In this document: positions 59,334 through 60,120 of the stretch, in pieces
Position numbering within the stretch: the stretch's first letter is position 1
How the letters are laid out: each line of letters opens with the position of its first letter
Notes under the pieces: model-generated
The model's database searches: none
The model's input: only the letters and a program-made list of their open reading frames with translations
What the model was told of the DNA's origin: nothing
From: a virus
Virus record (IMG/VR): IMGVR_UViG_3300020044_003577
Span: 1-60,120 of that record
Length of the DNA stretch: 60,120 bases
Direction: 5' to 3' (one strand)
Made by a program: the position numbers and the translations under genes

Positions 59334-60120
59334 TCAAGCGCCAGATAAACCGAAGATCATACCACAACCCTTGGGGTTACGGCATTCTAATGTACCTTCT
59401 TCAACGATTTGACCGATGATAGAGTCACCTAATTGACCTAAGTCAACTTCTTGTAGAGGACGTAAAGAAGCATAGCTGAACCACATTGGATCATATAAGA
59501 ACGCAGTGAAGTTAGCTGTGTCGTTTAGACCAGAAACAGTAGTATTAGAAATACCCATAACATAGTTAGGAACAACCATGATATCGCCGAAGTCGGACAT
59601 GTAAATCTCAACTGACTGACGGAGTTTGCCGTCTTGGTCAATGTTACGGCGAACGTTACCGTCACCAGCATTGCTTGAGCTAGAGCCAGCAGACTGTGCC
59701 TTAGCAGAGAATACACGGCGGTTAGCAGGAGACAACATTAGTTTAGTAGCTTTACCACCGTTTTCGTAAATAGCTTGCATAACAGTGTCAACATGTGACA
59801 AAGCTAAACTGTTTTTATCAGCGCCAGTAACAGTAGTGAAAGTACCAGCAATACCACCGCCTGGATTAGTAGGAGCAGTATACTCGCCTGGAGTGGTTAA
59901 CACATTAAGTGCTGTGGCAGGAGTAGTAGTAGCTGCAGTGTAGTTAACCCATGCTTGGTAACCACCAAAGGTACGAGTACCAGAGCCGTTAGAGCTGTCC
60001 CAGCTGTTAACTAAGTCGAACTCAACGTCACGGCGTAGTTCGGTACCACGCTTTTTAAGTTGATATGCGTATTCGTCAGCAACACCAGCTTGGTCAACAG
60101 CACGTTTAGTACCAGTAACA
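59334..60120 (-). CDS. major capsid protein, C-terminal part (the frame runs off the window end; 60000..60120 duplicates 1..121)
   Basis: The frame stays open upstream of the track start (59903) all the way to 60120 and is continuous with 1..450. Total length is 1116 nt (371 aa). Confidence 0.8.
   Translation of the reverse strand, partial: VTGTKRAVDQAGVADEYAYQLKKRGTELRRDVEFDLVNSWDSSNGSGTRTFGGYQAWVNYTAATTTPATALNVLTTPGEYTAPTNPGGGIAGTFTTVTGADKNSLALSHVDTVMQAIYENGGKATKLMLSPANRRVFSAKAQSAGSSSSNAGDGNVRRNIDQDGKLRQSVEIYMSDFGDIMVVPNYVMGISNTTVSGLNDTANFTAFLYDPMWFSYASLRPLQEVDLGQLGDSIIGQIVEEGTLECRNPKGCGMIFGLSGA
60000..60120. repeat. second copy of the circular-assembly overlap
   Basis: Identical to 1..121. 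Confidence 0.9.

Overview
This window is a complete, circularly closed phage genome. Bases 1-121 are repeated exactly at 60000-60120, so the unit length is 59,999 bp. It is an AT-rich, apparently virulent dsDNA phage with podovirus-like, N4/T7-flavoured gene content; I found no integrase or repressor.

The genome has two convergent arms.

(1) Plus-strand early/middle arm, about 7.98-32.83 kb. It carries many small early ORFs, a T7 gp2.5-like SSB, and nucleotide-metabolism genes (two deaminase-fold proteins, a MazG-like protein, a nucleoside 2-deoxyribosyltransferase-like protein). It also carries a family-A DNA polymerase, a FEN-type exonuclease, two GIY-YIG genes, a gp4-like primase-helicase and a 733-aa T7-like RNA polymerase. 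The arm ends with an RNR plus redoxin, three tRNAs and a Dps-like gene.

(2) Minus-strand late arm, running from 7502 down through the window junction to 32882. In order it encodes TerL, portal, scaffold, a capsid gene that wraps the junction, adaptor paralogues and a 1175-aa fibre. These are followed by a lysis cassette (peptidase M15, Rz/Rz1), tail proteins, a double 2OG-Fe(II) oxygenase and giant internal proteins.

A roughly 20-bp motif with core GTCCCCTAATAG occurs seven times in front of gene blocks and is most simply the promoter of the phage RNAP.

Main leads:
(a) The last late gene (1204 aa) carries the ordered catalytic motifs of T7/N4-type single-subunit RNA polymerases. It is therefore a candidate compact virion RNAP in the same syntenic position as N4 gp50.
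(b) A 0.4-0.6 kb leader at the early/late divergence point has a plus strand almost devoid of adenine.
(c) Covarying hairpin modules precede the first early genes.
(d) Two tandem structured non-coding units sit inside the tRNA cluster.
(e) An SNase-like nuclease domain heads the 1439-aa internal protein.

All functional calls rest on motifs read by eye, synteny and recalled family signatures. No database search was possible.
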